From Eledone cirrhosa (Eukaryota): a stretch of 64,000 nt of DNA. Below are positions 40,801-57,077 of the stretch, one piece after another. The DNA is taken from positions 39,432,001-39,496,000 of the forward strand of contig OZ024741.1 of the NCBI GenBank assembly GCA_964016885.1, given 5' to 3'. The position numbers and the translations under genes are program-made. A model generated the notes under the pieces. That model ran no database searches, had not been told where the DNA came from, and saw nothing but the letters and a program-made list of their open reading frames with translations. The stretch's first letter is position 1; each line of letters opens with the position of its first letter.

Positions 40801-41253
40801 AAAGTTATATTTAAATTGTTGGGTTACAACTAGTAAATATTTATAACTGATATAAAAGCACTCGACAAGTATTTGGAGTATATTTACAATATTAAATAAA
40901 TGGAAACTATATTTATAAAACCATATTTATTTCATTATATATATTTCAGGGATATCATATTAACAATATGCTATGCCTTCCTCAGACAAAATACAATATA
41001 AACAGTTTTATAGATAAATAGATTTGACATACCGTAACAACATCGACTTGTATTTGAAAAGTTGAATTGGCAGTTCAACTTTTCAAATACAAGTCGATGT
41101 TGTTACGGTATGTCAAATCTATTTATCTATAAAACTGTTTATATTGTATTTTGTCTGAGGAAGGCATAGCATATTGTTAATATGATATCCCTGAAATATA
41201 TATAATGAAATAAATATGGTTTTATAAATATAGTTTCCATTTATTTAATATTG

Positions 41254-41255
<2 letters not shown>
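40798..41255. mobile_element. Fold-back insert (~182-bp arms 40885-41255 plus 87-nt tail) with hammerheads (40931-40990 minus; 41150-41209 plus)
   Basis: tttgt-CTGAGGA-AGG..CCT-GAA-AT ATAT AT-A-atgaa; arms appear identical; (TA)n on both sides. Confidence 0.85.
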
Positions 41256-41293
<38 letters not shown>

Positions 41294-41299
41294 TATATC

Positions 41300-41332
<33 letters not shown>

Positions 41333-41356
41333 ATGTATATATATATATATATATAT

Positions 41357-41391
<35 letters not shown>

Positions 41392-41730
41392 TATATCGTT
41401 GTATTATGTTACATTGAAAACCCTACTGTTCAAGTTTCTCTTTTCAATTTTTCAATTAATGATTTTTCATATTTCCTTATCACCGAGGAAGAATAGTGGA
41501 CCTTAAGTTTCTTAATTTAATCCTTTATTATTATTTCAGTCTGTTCTGAGTGAACAAGTTGACTGTGGCACATTTTGTTAAGTTTTGCAAAAGGCATCAA
41601 GAGATGATGGGATCGATATAGTAAGTTTAGAAGATTCTCAATACCGGATATAATATTGCATTTCATTTTGACCAATGGTCCTCAACCAAGGATCTGGGAA
41701 TCTAGACATTTCAAAATATATATTAAATAT

Positions 41731-41920
41731 ATAATTGTTTCTACTTTTGGCACAAGGCCAGCAATTATCCCAGTGCATTACTGGTACTTCATTTTATCGA
41801 CCCCGTAAGGATGAAAGGCAAAGTTAACCTCGGCGGGATTTGAACTCAGACCGTAAAGGAACATAACTCTATGCTGTAAATGATGGCGCCCGACCCTCCA
41901 CCGATACTGCCAATCCACCA
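41731..41920 (-). mobile_element. SINE family 1
   Basis: Reverse complement of consensus. Confidence 0.9.
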
Positions 41921-42254
41921 TGTTATTGGTTATCGATTCGTATAAATATTTTTATTTTTTTATGTTATCCACTCCCTGGAATGGATTGAGAGAGTCCATA
42001 CAAAAATTCATTTAAATAAAAGAGGTCCTTATTAATGAAAAGATTGGGAAACCCTGATTTAGATTCTGGGCCCAAAGTATATTTGTGATGTAATTGTACT
42101 GTTGAGTGTTAGATTGCGTTTGCCTTTAATAAAGATTCTATAGTTAATCTTTTTTCTATAATTTCAAAGAGAATAGTCAATTTTTCATCTATTTCTTCTT
42201 TTTCTATCTAGATTTTTTTTCACATTCTGTATTGTAATGGGTTGTGGAGTCAGA

Positions 42255-42600
42255 TTTTTCTAAGTGGTTAAGGAGTTGGCTTCGTAATCATAATGTCCGG
42301 GTTCGATCCCATGGTATAGTGTCTGAAGCAAGTTTCTTTGCCGTAGCTTTGCGTTCACCTGAGCATTGTTTGTGAAATTGGGTAGACAGAAAGTGTGTGG
42401 AGCTCGTTGAATGGAGTATAGCTGAATTTCAATGGTCCGACCATGTCACATATTATGTAACACTGATTCTCCCATAGAATTATCTTATTAATACACCCGT
42501 CTATCGTATATTTAACCACTTACACTTTCATTTATGAGTTGGAAGTTCATTTGACGGATCAAACGAACATCCATCGTCGAAATTGATGGAAGACCTATCC
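42255..42600 (+). mobile_element. tRNA-derived SINE, family 2 (old copy)
   Basis: A/B boxes (aagtggttaag..GGTTCGATCCC) and gtgaaattgggtagacaga; homologous to 44055-44395 and 52885-53135. Confidence 0.7.
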
Positions 42601-44054
42601 TCATGTTGATTTGTACTTTTCTATTAATAAATGTCCCATAATTAGTGTAATCTTCATCTCGAATTTCATATAGAATGGCTGTATTAATGTGTAATGGGTT
42701 CTTGTTATAAACACATCATGTCGAACTTGTGTGCTTTATAACAGTTTGAGTAGTAAAGTTTACAGCGTTTATATTCATATAGACATTTTATATTGCCCTG
42801 CTTGTCTGAATTAAGTCCTCTGACTAGTGGTTTTACGTTGAAGAAAAGGTTTTTAATTCCGGTTGTTTATATAAATTATCTATTAGAACTACCATTATGA
42901 AGTGAGCACGAAAGGCAGGCAATTTTAAACAGTGTAAACTTTCTTCAACTGATCAAACCCTATGCCAGATTTGACAGTATCGTCAAGAACGATCTTGTAC
43001 ATCACGTCTAAGACGAAACTGCAGGTGTCAATTTTCTCAAGCTATGTCCAGTATAACAAAACCTATCTTCGGCTACTTATGTAAGAAAATCAATATTAAA
43101 TTATATCAGCGTAGCAACAATAAATTCGTTTCTTATGAATAAAAACTACAGAGTTTCTCATAAATAACATTTTGTGGACATGTTATATGTTGTCTGGTGT
43201 TATAATCAAATAGACTTTCATTGATGTGTGTGATGTAGAGCCTACAATTAGTGAAAACCTTGGAGATAATAGTTCTGACTTCTGGGGAATAAAATGGCTT
43301 ACATGAGGTGTCAAAGATACGATGGAGGTACTAAAATGAGTTGAGTATATAAGGGGGCTTCAACCAAGCTTTATATGTTCCTTGCCATGCGCACAGAATA
43401 TTGTGCTTGTAGAAAGTAGAAAATCAAGCGACTATTATTTTGTCTCGTTTTTTTCATACAATAGAAAACCTATAGAACATTATTTCATTATCAACTAAGT
43501 AGAAATTCAACTCTCTGTCTATGCTGGGTACCGTCTTCCAAAAAACCAACAAGTTCTTTTACACACGATTAGCCTGCATACAAGCTAATCTGAAAACCTT
43601 AGAGTTTACAACTCTGGTACAATTATTGATCAAAGAATGTACAAGTAGTCCTCCAGATCCATCAAGTGACAACTGTTATGTATTTTATTGACTCTGAATG
43701 GATGAAGGAAGAAATGACATCAGCAAAATTTGAACTCAGGGCGCAGAGAGCCAAAACAAACGCCGCAAGGCATTTTGTTCTACGCTCTAATGACTTAAAA
43801 ATGACTCAGCCATTTCGCAGTCTATTGTTTAACCCCAAGCCAACTCTGATTAAACAGACCGATAATCCCTAGTCATTCCAAGCAGGTTAATCTTGTATAT
43901 ATTTTTTTCAGACACGTTGGGTCTATGATTATACTGTACAAGATGTCCTTATTTAAAGTATTCGGCTGATATTTCTAGCAAGACTAATGACCACGTAGAA
44001 GCTTCTTCATTGGATGATCTCTATATCTACTAGTTTCTTTGTATGGCGTACGAA

Positions 44055-44395
44055 GACATGGCTGAATGGGTAGGAAGTTTGTTTCATAATTATGAGTTCT
44101 GAGGTTCGATCCTGCAGCCTAATATCTTGGCCAAGTATCTTTCACGTAGCCTCGATTCTACCCAAATCTTGTGAGTGAAATCGGGTAGACAGATATTGTG
44201 AGGAAGACCGCCAACTGGATTACACCTGCAATTTATAGGCCCAACCTTGTTACATATTGTGCTAAGCTAATTCTCTTTGAAACTTACGTTAATAATTATC
44301 TGTGGAATACTCAACCACGTATACATTAATGCATGAGTAAGATGTTTTGTTAATCGAACAATTCAATGTTCATCGTTGAAATCTTCGCCAGATCC
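44055..44395 (+). mobile_element. SINE family 2 (old copy)
   Basis: tggctgaatgg..GGTTCGATCC..gtgagtgaaatcgggtagacaga. Confidence 0.7.
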
Positions 44396-44924
44396 ATCAT
44401 GGTAGCTGTCTCTACTTTATATCTGCTAAATAAGTCGGTCTGTCTGTGTGTCGCTGAAATGGAGTCTTGCCTGCTCCTTCCTTCCATCTGTCTGTCGAGT
44501 CATTCGCATCTCCGTCTGTCAGTTAGTCCATCTCCCTCCCTCTCACTCTCTTTGTCTCTCTATCTCTCTCTTTCTATATCCATCCCTCTCTCCCCCTCTC
44601 TCTCTCTTTCCTTCTCTCTCTTCCTATCGCGTTCTCTCTTTTTCTCTCACTTTCTCTTTCTCTCTCTCTCTCTCTCTCTGTTCCTCTCTCCCACCCTCTC
44701 CCTCTCTCTCTCTCTCTCTTTCGCTATTCCTCTCTCTCCCCGTCTCTCTCTCTCTCTTTAAATCTCTCTATATATATCTTTATCTCTCTCTCACATACTC
44801 TCTCTTGCCATTTCCCCCTTTTACTCTCTTCCCCACACAACTATCCCATCATTCATCACCGATTTCTCTTGTATCTGTCTCAAATCACGGCACCGTATTT
44901 CACTAACGGCCGAGCTAGAAGTAA

Positions 44925-45675
44925 TGGTGGTGGTGGTGGCGGCGGTGGTGGTGGTGGTGGCGGCGTCGACGTTGTCGTGCTGGTGGCGTTAGCGGTTCTG
45001 GTGTTGCTCGTGGCAATGGTGTTAAGTGTAGTTGTGATGATGATGTTGGTGATGTTGGTGATGTTGGTGATGGTGTTGGTATTAGTGGTGCTGGTGCTGG
45101 TGGTGCATGGTAATGTTACAGGTAACAGCTATATATGTGGAGGCGATGGTGATGATGATGATGGTAATGGTGATGAAGCTGGTTGTAACTGCTATGGTAA
45201 CAGTGGTGGTGCTAGTGGTAATGGTGAGGTTGGTGGTAGCTGAGGTGGCAGTTGGGACATGGTGGTGGTGGTGGTGGTGATGGAAATGTTGAGGGTGGTT
45301 GTGGTGGTGGTTGTCGTGGTGGTGGTGGTGGTTGTCGTGGTGGTGGTGGTGGTTGTCGTGGTGGTGGTGGTGGTGGGAAACTTGAGGGTGGTGGTGGTGG
45401 TGATGGTGGAAATGTTGAGAGTGGTGGTGGTGGTGGTGGTTGTCGTAGTGGTTGTCATGGTGGTGGTGGTGGTTGTCGTGGTGGTGGTGGTGGTGGTGGT
45501 GGTGGTGGTGGTGGTTGTGGTTGTGGTGGTGGTGGGAATGTTGAGGGTGGTGGTGGTGGTGGTGGCTGTCGTGGTGGTTGTCGTGGTGGTGGTGGTGGTT
45601 GTCGTGGTGGTGGTGGTGGTTGTGGTTGTGGTGGTGGTGGGAATGTTGAGGGTGGTGGTGGCAGTCGTGATGGTT
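44925..45675. repeat. (GGT)n-based low-complexity/minisatellite tract with recurring ggaatgttgagg
   Basis: Direct inspection. Confidence 0.88.
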
Positions 45676-46028
45676 AGGGTGCATACGGCAGACGGAGATT
45701 TAGCTCGTCAAATTCCGGTTATTATAATCATCGTTCCACCCACGCCCTCCAACCTGAACCTACTCATTCGTCTGTGCTGCCATCTGGGGGCTGTTGGCTC
45801 ACTACACAATTCTCAAATGAACGTTGCCCTGCCTGCCTTCCTTATCATATGCACACAAACACACTTGCATGTATATATGTATGTGTGCACGTTGGAGTGT
45901 ATGTGTGTGTGTGACTGTGAGCGTATGTGTATGTATGTACGTATATATGTATATATGTGTGTATGTATATATAGATATGTATGTATACATATATACATAC
46001 ATGTATATATATGTGTGTATATATATAA

Positions 46029-46114
<86 letters not shown>

Positions 46115-46167
46115 TATATTTATACACACACACTCACACATACACAGACATACATACACACACACAC

Positions 46168-46202
<35 letters not shown>

Positions 46203-46452
46203 CATATATATATACATACTTGCATTCATACATATACACATATATACATATATACATACATAAGCACACATTCATCACAATCAAATTCAAGAAGAGAAGA
46301 AATTGCTATGACCATATGCAGACGCGTATTAAAAATAAACGTGAGTATACAAGGGCAAGTATTACACCACACTATACATATATCATATTTACATATATAC
46401 ATATTCAACATTCATATACAATATATACAATATATGCTTATGTACACACATG

Positions 46453-46525
<73 letters not shown>

Positions 46526-46710
46526 CAGTATGTATGTGTGTATGTGTGTGTGTATGTGTGTGTGTGTGTTTGTGTTTACTTTACGTGTGCGTTCGCCAGG
46601 TTTGATTCATTTTCTGAATCTCGGCAGAGTAAGCTACTCTAAGACTTGCTTATACGGTGATTTCAAGATCAATAACAAATGAGCTCACATGGGGTGTAAG
46701 GACACCAAGT

Positions 46711-46813
<103 letters not shown>

Positions 46814-47011
46814 AATCTCTTGTGCTAGATTTGTTTGGAAAATGGAAATTTGATAACTGCCTCACTGTCCGTCTCTCTTACGACATAGTTCACAAGACAA
46901 CCAGATGGCAAATCTGCAGGTATACATAGCTATGTACCAATGTATCTATCTTTGGACAATCTATCGGACGATTTATTTACCTATCGAACTATCTCTATCA
47001 ATCCATCTCTA

Positions 47012-47072
<61 letters not shown>

Positions 47073-47077
<5 letters not shown>

Positions 47078-47275
47078 AAAGGAGTCAGGATCCCGACGGT
47101 AGAACTCAAGCCGTTTCGACGGCTGTTTCTGGACAGTCCAGAAATACCATTCGAAACGGCTTGATCACTGCCGTCGTGGTCCTGACTATTTTCCTATTAT
47201 CCACTCTACTATCCAAAGTATCGAGTACTCTGGTGCGTTATGGTCCAACTGGTTCCTTACCACACTTCCTTCGTT
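47073..47275 (+). mobile_element. Family C hairpin element
   Basis: Arms 47073-47134 and 47136-47197, tail to 47275; homologous to the reverse complement of 7021-7239. Confidence 0.8.
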
Positions 47276-47358
47276 ATATATATATATATATAACTACCTG
47301 CCTGTCATCTATCTATCGATCTATCTATCCTGTGGCTAATAAAGAAACATATCTATCT

Positions 47359-48600
47359 TGTCCCCGTGAATACCTCACCAAGATGGAACGCATGCTCTTC
47401 CAGTTCCTGTGGAAGAAGCAGGCTCCACTGGTGAGGAGATCCGTCTGCTGTCAACACCCTTCCAGCGGAGGGCTGGGCATGCCATGGCTAATGATGCGAA
47501 AACATGCGCTGAGGCTACGGCATCTCCAGGTATTTCTCACTGACCAACCGGTGGGGGCACCGTTTGTGAGACAGGCCTTCCTACAACTTGTCTCGCTGAC
47601 GGAGCTGCAGTCCTGGGTGAAGCGAAGACCGAAGAAGATGGGCGCCTGGTACATTGAATGCGCCCAGGCGCTCACAGTCCTCTGTCAAGCGGGCACAGCA
47701 ATCAGTGGAGACTCAACTTCGACATTCTATAGAGGGTTATTACTTTACAAGTGCGACGACGTGCTCGGGGAGACTCTAGGCGTTGAAGACGGCAAGCTCA
47801 CCAGTCTGTTCGGTAGGACTTTCCGCCCGGGACCTATGGACAACTTCCAGAGGTCCCTGACCTGGCAGTGCTACCGAGGAGCTCTATCCGTTCGAGATAA
47901 GATCTACAGGCACGGATGCCCCGGCAGGGATCCTTCCAAGAGGACGTGTCCAAGATGCGAGCAGGACATTGAAACCGTCTTGTATGCAATTGTACACTGC
48001 CCGGGCATAAGCGACCTGTGGAACTATGCAGAACAACTGCTGTCGCGTATGGGACAAATCTAGTTGACTGCCGAGTCCATAGTAAGGACCAAACCGCCAG
48101 ACTCTTTCAAAAACGAAAGAGAGGGGGTTTTCCTCTGTACAGTGACTATGGTGAAAGAGGTTATATGGCGGACGAGATTGAGAGGACTGGGGACAGATGC
48201 CTTTCTCTCCGGACAACAATTGATTTTCTTCTTTAAGTATCACTTTAGAAAAAGAATCAGAGTGGAGAGCGAGGCACTGCACCCCAGCAAATTTTCTGAA
48301 AGGTGGGTGAATGAAGCAAAAATGGCCCGAGTGATTGGGCCTTCTCTGTTTATAAGCCTGTAGGTTAAAGAAGAGAACAAAAGGAAGAAGGGAGCGTTGC
48401 ACAACACGCTCCTGAAGTTGAGGGTTGTTCTATCGACGGGGTATTAAACAACCCATTTGTGGTGTCTCCCCCCTATTGGGGATTTTGATTGTTATAATTG
48501 TTTGTTTTATATTTTTTTTACACGACTGTATGTAAAATCCCCGGCATGTCTTTGTATTGTCCCCTTTTCTTGTGCGCCCTTGTGGCAAATAAATAAATAA
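47359..48600 (+). mobile_element. Tx1/L1-clade LINE, 3' fragment (copy 1)
   Basis: LFQFLWK..GGLGMP, WQCYRGAL, CPRC..ETV..HC zinc knuckle; ends aaataaataaat followed by (CTAT)n. Confidence 0.9.
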
Positions 48601-48627
48601 ATCTATCTATCTATCTATCTATCTATC

Positions 48628-52082
<3,455 letters not shown>

Positions 52083-52469
52083 GCTTGCAATTTCATCTCT
52101 CAGTCTGCATGTCGAATTGTTTTTCTGCTTGTCAATCTAAATTTATACATTGATGCATAATTGCCAAAGTTTCTGTGTGTTAGAATTTCTCGGGAAAAAT
52201 CGCTGAACAGATTTTACGGGCAAAACCAACCGGTGGGATACCAAGGGGTAGGACACGAGGAAGATGGTTGGATAACATCCATGAGCTTAGTTGGTCTCAC
52301 TTGGGGATTCAGCTGGATCAGTTGGAGACGGTTATTTCTGACAGGACCCACTGGAGGGAGTGTTTGAGAACTCTGCCCCCATGACCCTCTCAGGAATAAG
52401 TGGGCGAAAATAAAGAAGAGAAATTGTCTGAACCTTAGAATATGAACTATTATATATTTTCTAAGTAAA

Positions 52470-52864
52470 ATAATTGTTTCTATTTTTGGCACAAGGCCAG
52501 CAATTATCCCAGTGCGTGACTGGTACTTTATTTTATCGACCACATAAGGATGAAAGGCAAAGTTAACCTTGACAGGATTTGAACTCCGACCATAAAGCGA
52601 CGTAACTCTATGCTGCAAAGCATGGTGTCACACCCTCTACCGATACTGCCAATCCACCACCATTTTGTAAGTAAAATGATTGTTTCTACTTTTGGCAGAA
52701 GGCCAGCAATTACTCACTATATTACTGGTAGTATATTTTATTGACCCCGTAAGGATGAAAGGCAAAGTTAACCCCGACGAGATTTGAAGTCAGACCGTAA
52801 AGGGACGTACCTATGCTAGAAATCATGGCACCCAACCCTCTACCGATACTGCCAATCTACCACC
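52470..52864 (-). mobile_element. Two tandem SINE family 1 copies (52470-52660 and 52677-52864)
   Basis: Both match the consensus in reverse complement. Confidence 0.9.
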
Positions 52865-52884
52865 ATTTTGTAAGTAAAATGATA

Positions 52885-53135
52885 TTCGACAGATACGGGT
52901 ACTCTTCACGTAATTCCTAAGACGTTTTCACGTGACACAGTATGTCCCAATGCTGAATCAGTGAATTACAAAATATACAATTCATCCGACAGGCTTTCAT
53001 ACAGTTTCTGCCTACCAAATTTCACTTGCAAGGTTTGGATCCACCCAAATCATAAAGCGACTCGCTGGAGATACACCGAAGTGCGATCGAACTCAGAATC
53101 TCATGATTGCGAAGCAAACTTTTTAACCACCTTGA
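52885..53135 (-). mobile_element. SINE family 2, partial
   Basis: cagtttctgcctaccaaatttcact...gatcgaactc...ttaaccac. Confidence 0.65.
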
Positions 53136-53685
53136 CATACCTGCATCCAATGTACTGTGAATGTGATTACATTATCAAATGAATCTTTGCATCTTTTTAA
53201 ATCATAGTAGGCTGTGATTTGAGGGAGATCTGCCTGCTGCTTCTAGCAGAAATAGTAACGCTACATGTAGTGCGCTCCACCCCTTGTTAGCTCGAGCAAT
53301 CAACTGCTGTTAATGGAACACATGGAGAAGAATGCCGGCAGAAGTTAATCCAAATATACAGTCTTCGGTTCTCTAAAACATGGCGGCCAAAAATAAATCT
53401 TTCGTCATCTCTACCCTCCATTACCACTCTATTGTGTATCCTGTTCTCACACTTCAACACACTTTTATTGTATTACTATTATTTGTGTTTATGTGTGTGT
53501 GTGTCTGTGAGAGAGAGAGAGAGTGTGTGTGTGTTTGGGGGAGTGAAAGATAGAGAGGGGGGAGAGATAGAGAAAGAGAGAGAAAAAGAGAGAGATAGAG
53601 AAAGAGAGAGAAAGAGAGAGATAGAGAGAAAGAGAGAGATAAAAAAAGATAGAGAAAGAGAAAGATATAGAGAAAGAGAAAAAGA

Positions 53686-53723
<38 letters not shown>

Positions 53724-54044
53724 GTGTGTGGGTGTGTGTGGGTGTGTGAGTGTGGGTGGGTGTGCGTTTTATTTCTATTTTTCATCTTTAGGTTTCGTCA
53801 CATCAACGCAGGCCATTTTTTACGGTTTTTTCCACCCCACTTGTCCCCCCTTCTTTCTCCCGTGAGTCTGTCACGATTCTAAACCAGGAGCCAAATTAGA
53901 CAGCTGCGTTGAAATATCACCCATGTTGAAATCTTTCAACGTAAGACGTCATGTAAAATTATGCAAATTAATTTTTATGAATGGACGCGCCCAACAACTG
54001 CTGTTAATTACCCTACATCACTACCAACTCCAGCACACTGAGCC

Positions 54045-54455
54045 TCACCAACAATAATATACCACCACCACCACCATCACAATACCCCCACCACCATCAT
54101 CTCCAAGAACAATATACTACCACAACCGCCACCATCACCAAGAACAATATACCACCACCACCGCCACGACCATCAACACACCACCACCATCACCATCACC
54201 AACAACAATATACCACCACCACCACCATCAACATCATACACCACCTCCACCACTATCACCAACAACAATATACCACCACCATCAACATCAATACACCACC
54301 GCCACCATCAACACAACACCATCATTAAAAACCACCATCATTAAAAACAAACCACCATTACGGCCGCTGTCATCACCACCACCATCATCAACACACCACC
54401 ACCACCACCATCAACACCACCGCCACCATCATCAGCACCACCAACACACACCATA
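54045..54455. repeat. (CCA)-rich ~30-bp minisatellite (aacaatataccaccaccacc)
   Basis: Direct inspection. Confidence 0.8.
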
Positions 54456-54483
54456 TCTGTATATATATCAATATATATATACA

Positions 54484-54580
<97 letters not shown>

Positions 54581-54884
54581 ACATATGAATAAAAATAGAT
54601 CGAGAAACAAGACTGTCCGTCATCAGTAGCCTGCTGATTATCATTGGTATTTCTTCGCATTAAAGACTAGATACCTAAAATCAGTGCGAGCGATAACTAG
54701 ATTAAGTTATCGGGACAGAGGAAAACAGAGGAAAGGAAACAAACAACATGGTAGTAATGCAACGTAAAGAGAGGAAAAGAGAGACAAGTCAATGAATCTT
54801 GTGGGCTTATGTCCGACAAATCAAATGACGAGAAGAAACAGACGCGTCCGAGCTACGAGAAAAGTAAGAGAGGAAAGAATTTAC

Positions 54885-54961
<77 letters not shown>

Positions 54962-54965
<4 letters not shown>

Positions 54966-55372
54966 TATGTATACGTACATACATATATGTATACAGACGT
55001 ACAGTAGCATGTATATATATATACATACATGCACACATATAACTCGATATGCAAATTAGGCTGCTCAGCCGTTAATATGCATAAGGAAAGTATATACTTT
55101 CAGACGTTCAATCATCTGGCAGGAAGGTACACGTTGCTGACGATAGCTAATAAGCTTGAAACTAGTACAGCGTTCCTTTGTCAGTGTTGAACAAATGAGC
55201 AAGGATGGTTGCTAGACACTGTACGGCTTAATTCTGGGTATTTCTTTACAAACACACCGAGCATTATAATAAATGTTCGGTGAATCCATACGTACATATA
55301 TATATGTGTGCATGTATGTATATATATATATACATACTACTGTACGTTTGTATACATGTACGTATACATACT
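54962..55372 (+). mobile_element. Family B insert with an inverted tail copy at its 5' end; HHR 55131-55173
   Basis: acgttg-CTGACGA-tAGCT aata AGCTt-GAA-AC TA GT-A-cagcgt; 54963-55040 is the reverse complement of ~55296-55372. Confidence 0.85.
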
Positions 55373-55430
55373 TATATTTAAGTAACAGCCGTACTAAGAG
55401 TGAGAAATGAAATTTCGTTTCATTTTTTCC

Positions 55431-55494
<64 letters not shown>

Positions 55495-55677
55495 ATAATA
55501 ATACTATTTATAGTTATGTATATAGTATAAACAACTATAAACAGGAAGGTCAGTAATTTCTTAATTACCTTATTACCAGTAAGAGAAATAGCTCAATGTA
55601 TGAACATCAGTTGTTTTACAGAGCAGTTAAATAAATAAATTATACAATTATCAAAATTGTGTTCAAATCATTTAATA

Positions 55678-55722
55678 GCTGGCAATCGTTTCTTCCAAAC
55701 TCTCGTTTGGAATCATCGGAGC
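55678..55722 (-). ncRNA. Hammerhead motif, CCGATGA variant, damaged stem III
   Basis: Minus strand reads gct-CCGATGA-TTCCAAAC gaga GTTTGGAA-GAAAC GATT GC-C-agc. Confidence 0.65.
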
Positions 55723-55998
55723 ATTATCAATGTTTGCACATATAATTACCCTCCTATTCAACTGAACAATAATATAGATACATATAAATTGATGTTGTGA
55801 GCAACAGCTTCGTATTTATAGGGTGGAATGGATGTGATATATATTTTACGAGAATTGTACAATAATTGTACAAACATTCAAGTTCAAATTAAATCAAAGT
55901 TAAAATTAAAATCAAAATCAAAATCAAAAGCACGGAGTGGAATACATGCAACAGTTAAAACAAGGGAATAGTCCAAATATTAAAGAGGCATATATAAG

Positions 55999-56136
<138 letters not shown>

Positions 56137-56782
56137 TTAGGTTTGTTGGATCACCACTGGATAGAACTGGTCATTCCGTATAGTCAATCGTGATGGATAT
56201 TAGGAAAAGCACTCGACGTATGGCAACTCATTCATCTTCGTTTGTGTTGAATCTTGTTGGTGGTGTGAGAACGGAGTTAATGTGAGAACGGAGTTAATTA
56301 TTATTTAGTAAAATGACATATATATAGTTTTTGTCTGTTTTAGCCTTTCATCTCTCATATATATTCTTGTAATTTATATTAGGGTTACAAAAACTCTGTG
56401 GAAACTCATCGCCTGGATTGTACCTTTTTTCAAAAGTCCATCCATATAACATACTATATTAGGGTGATTCAGCTTAGAAATTAGTTGCAGAGAGAGAGAA
56501 AGGGGAGTGTGAGAGAGAGAAAGAGAGAGGGATGAGGGAGAGAGAGACGCACATATATATATATAATCAATACAATACATACATAATATATATAATACAA
56601 TAACATACATGCGTTCTTCCATACATACATACATTAATACATACATACATACATACATACATACATACATACATACATACATACATACATACATGATGGC
56701 TGCCCCCTCGTTATCGAGTATGGCCATTGGACGATAAAAATAATACACATATACATATGTATACACACACACATATTAATAA

Positions 56783-57015
56783 TTAACGGTGGTGCGATCG
56801 AATGTGTCTTTTTAGCCCAGCCAATGATCTAAAATGTCTTGCACAGAGTTGGCAACCATGATAAAAACGTTCACTAGCAGTACTTGACTTTGGCTGGTCT
56901 TCATGTACTTTTGCATGTCGTTTGAGTCCTCCTGCTGATCTACACTCTTTTCCGCATGTTTGACAAGTATGATGAGTAGCATCTCCGATAGCAGCCTGGT
57001 AATTTCTGACTCCAC
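56783..57015 (-). other. Open frame with two C2H2 zinc fingers (probable RTE-type LINE C-terminus; a host terminal exon is not excluded)
   Basis: A frame not in the ORF track reads GVRNYQAAIGDATHHTCQTCGKECRSAGGLKRHAKVHEDQPKSSTASERFYHGCQLCARHFRSLAGLKRHIRSHHR*. Confidence 0.75.
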
Positions 57016-57077
57016 CTGAGATTAATATCTTACTTCAATCTGATGTCATATATCTTTATATATATATATATATATAT

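Noticed and set aside
45082-45684. His-rich and Gly/Cys-rich ORFs resembling structural proteins
   Set aside because: They are translations of a (GGT)n-based tract open in several frames, with no splice or signal evidence.
54600-54650. GAAAC..GTC..CTGCTGA and a minus-strand CTGATGA
   Set aside because: The stems do not pair in any hammerhead topology.
56812-57015. 67-aa ORF MESEITRLL... from the track
   Set aside because: The overlapping frame encodes two clear C2H2 fingers and is the meaningful one.
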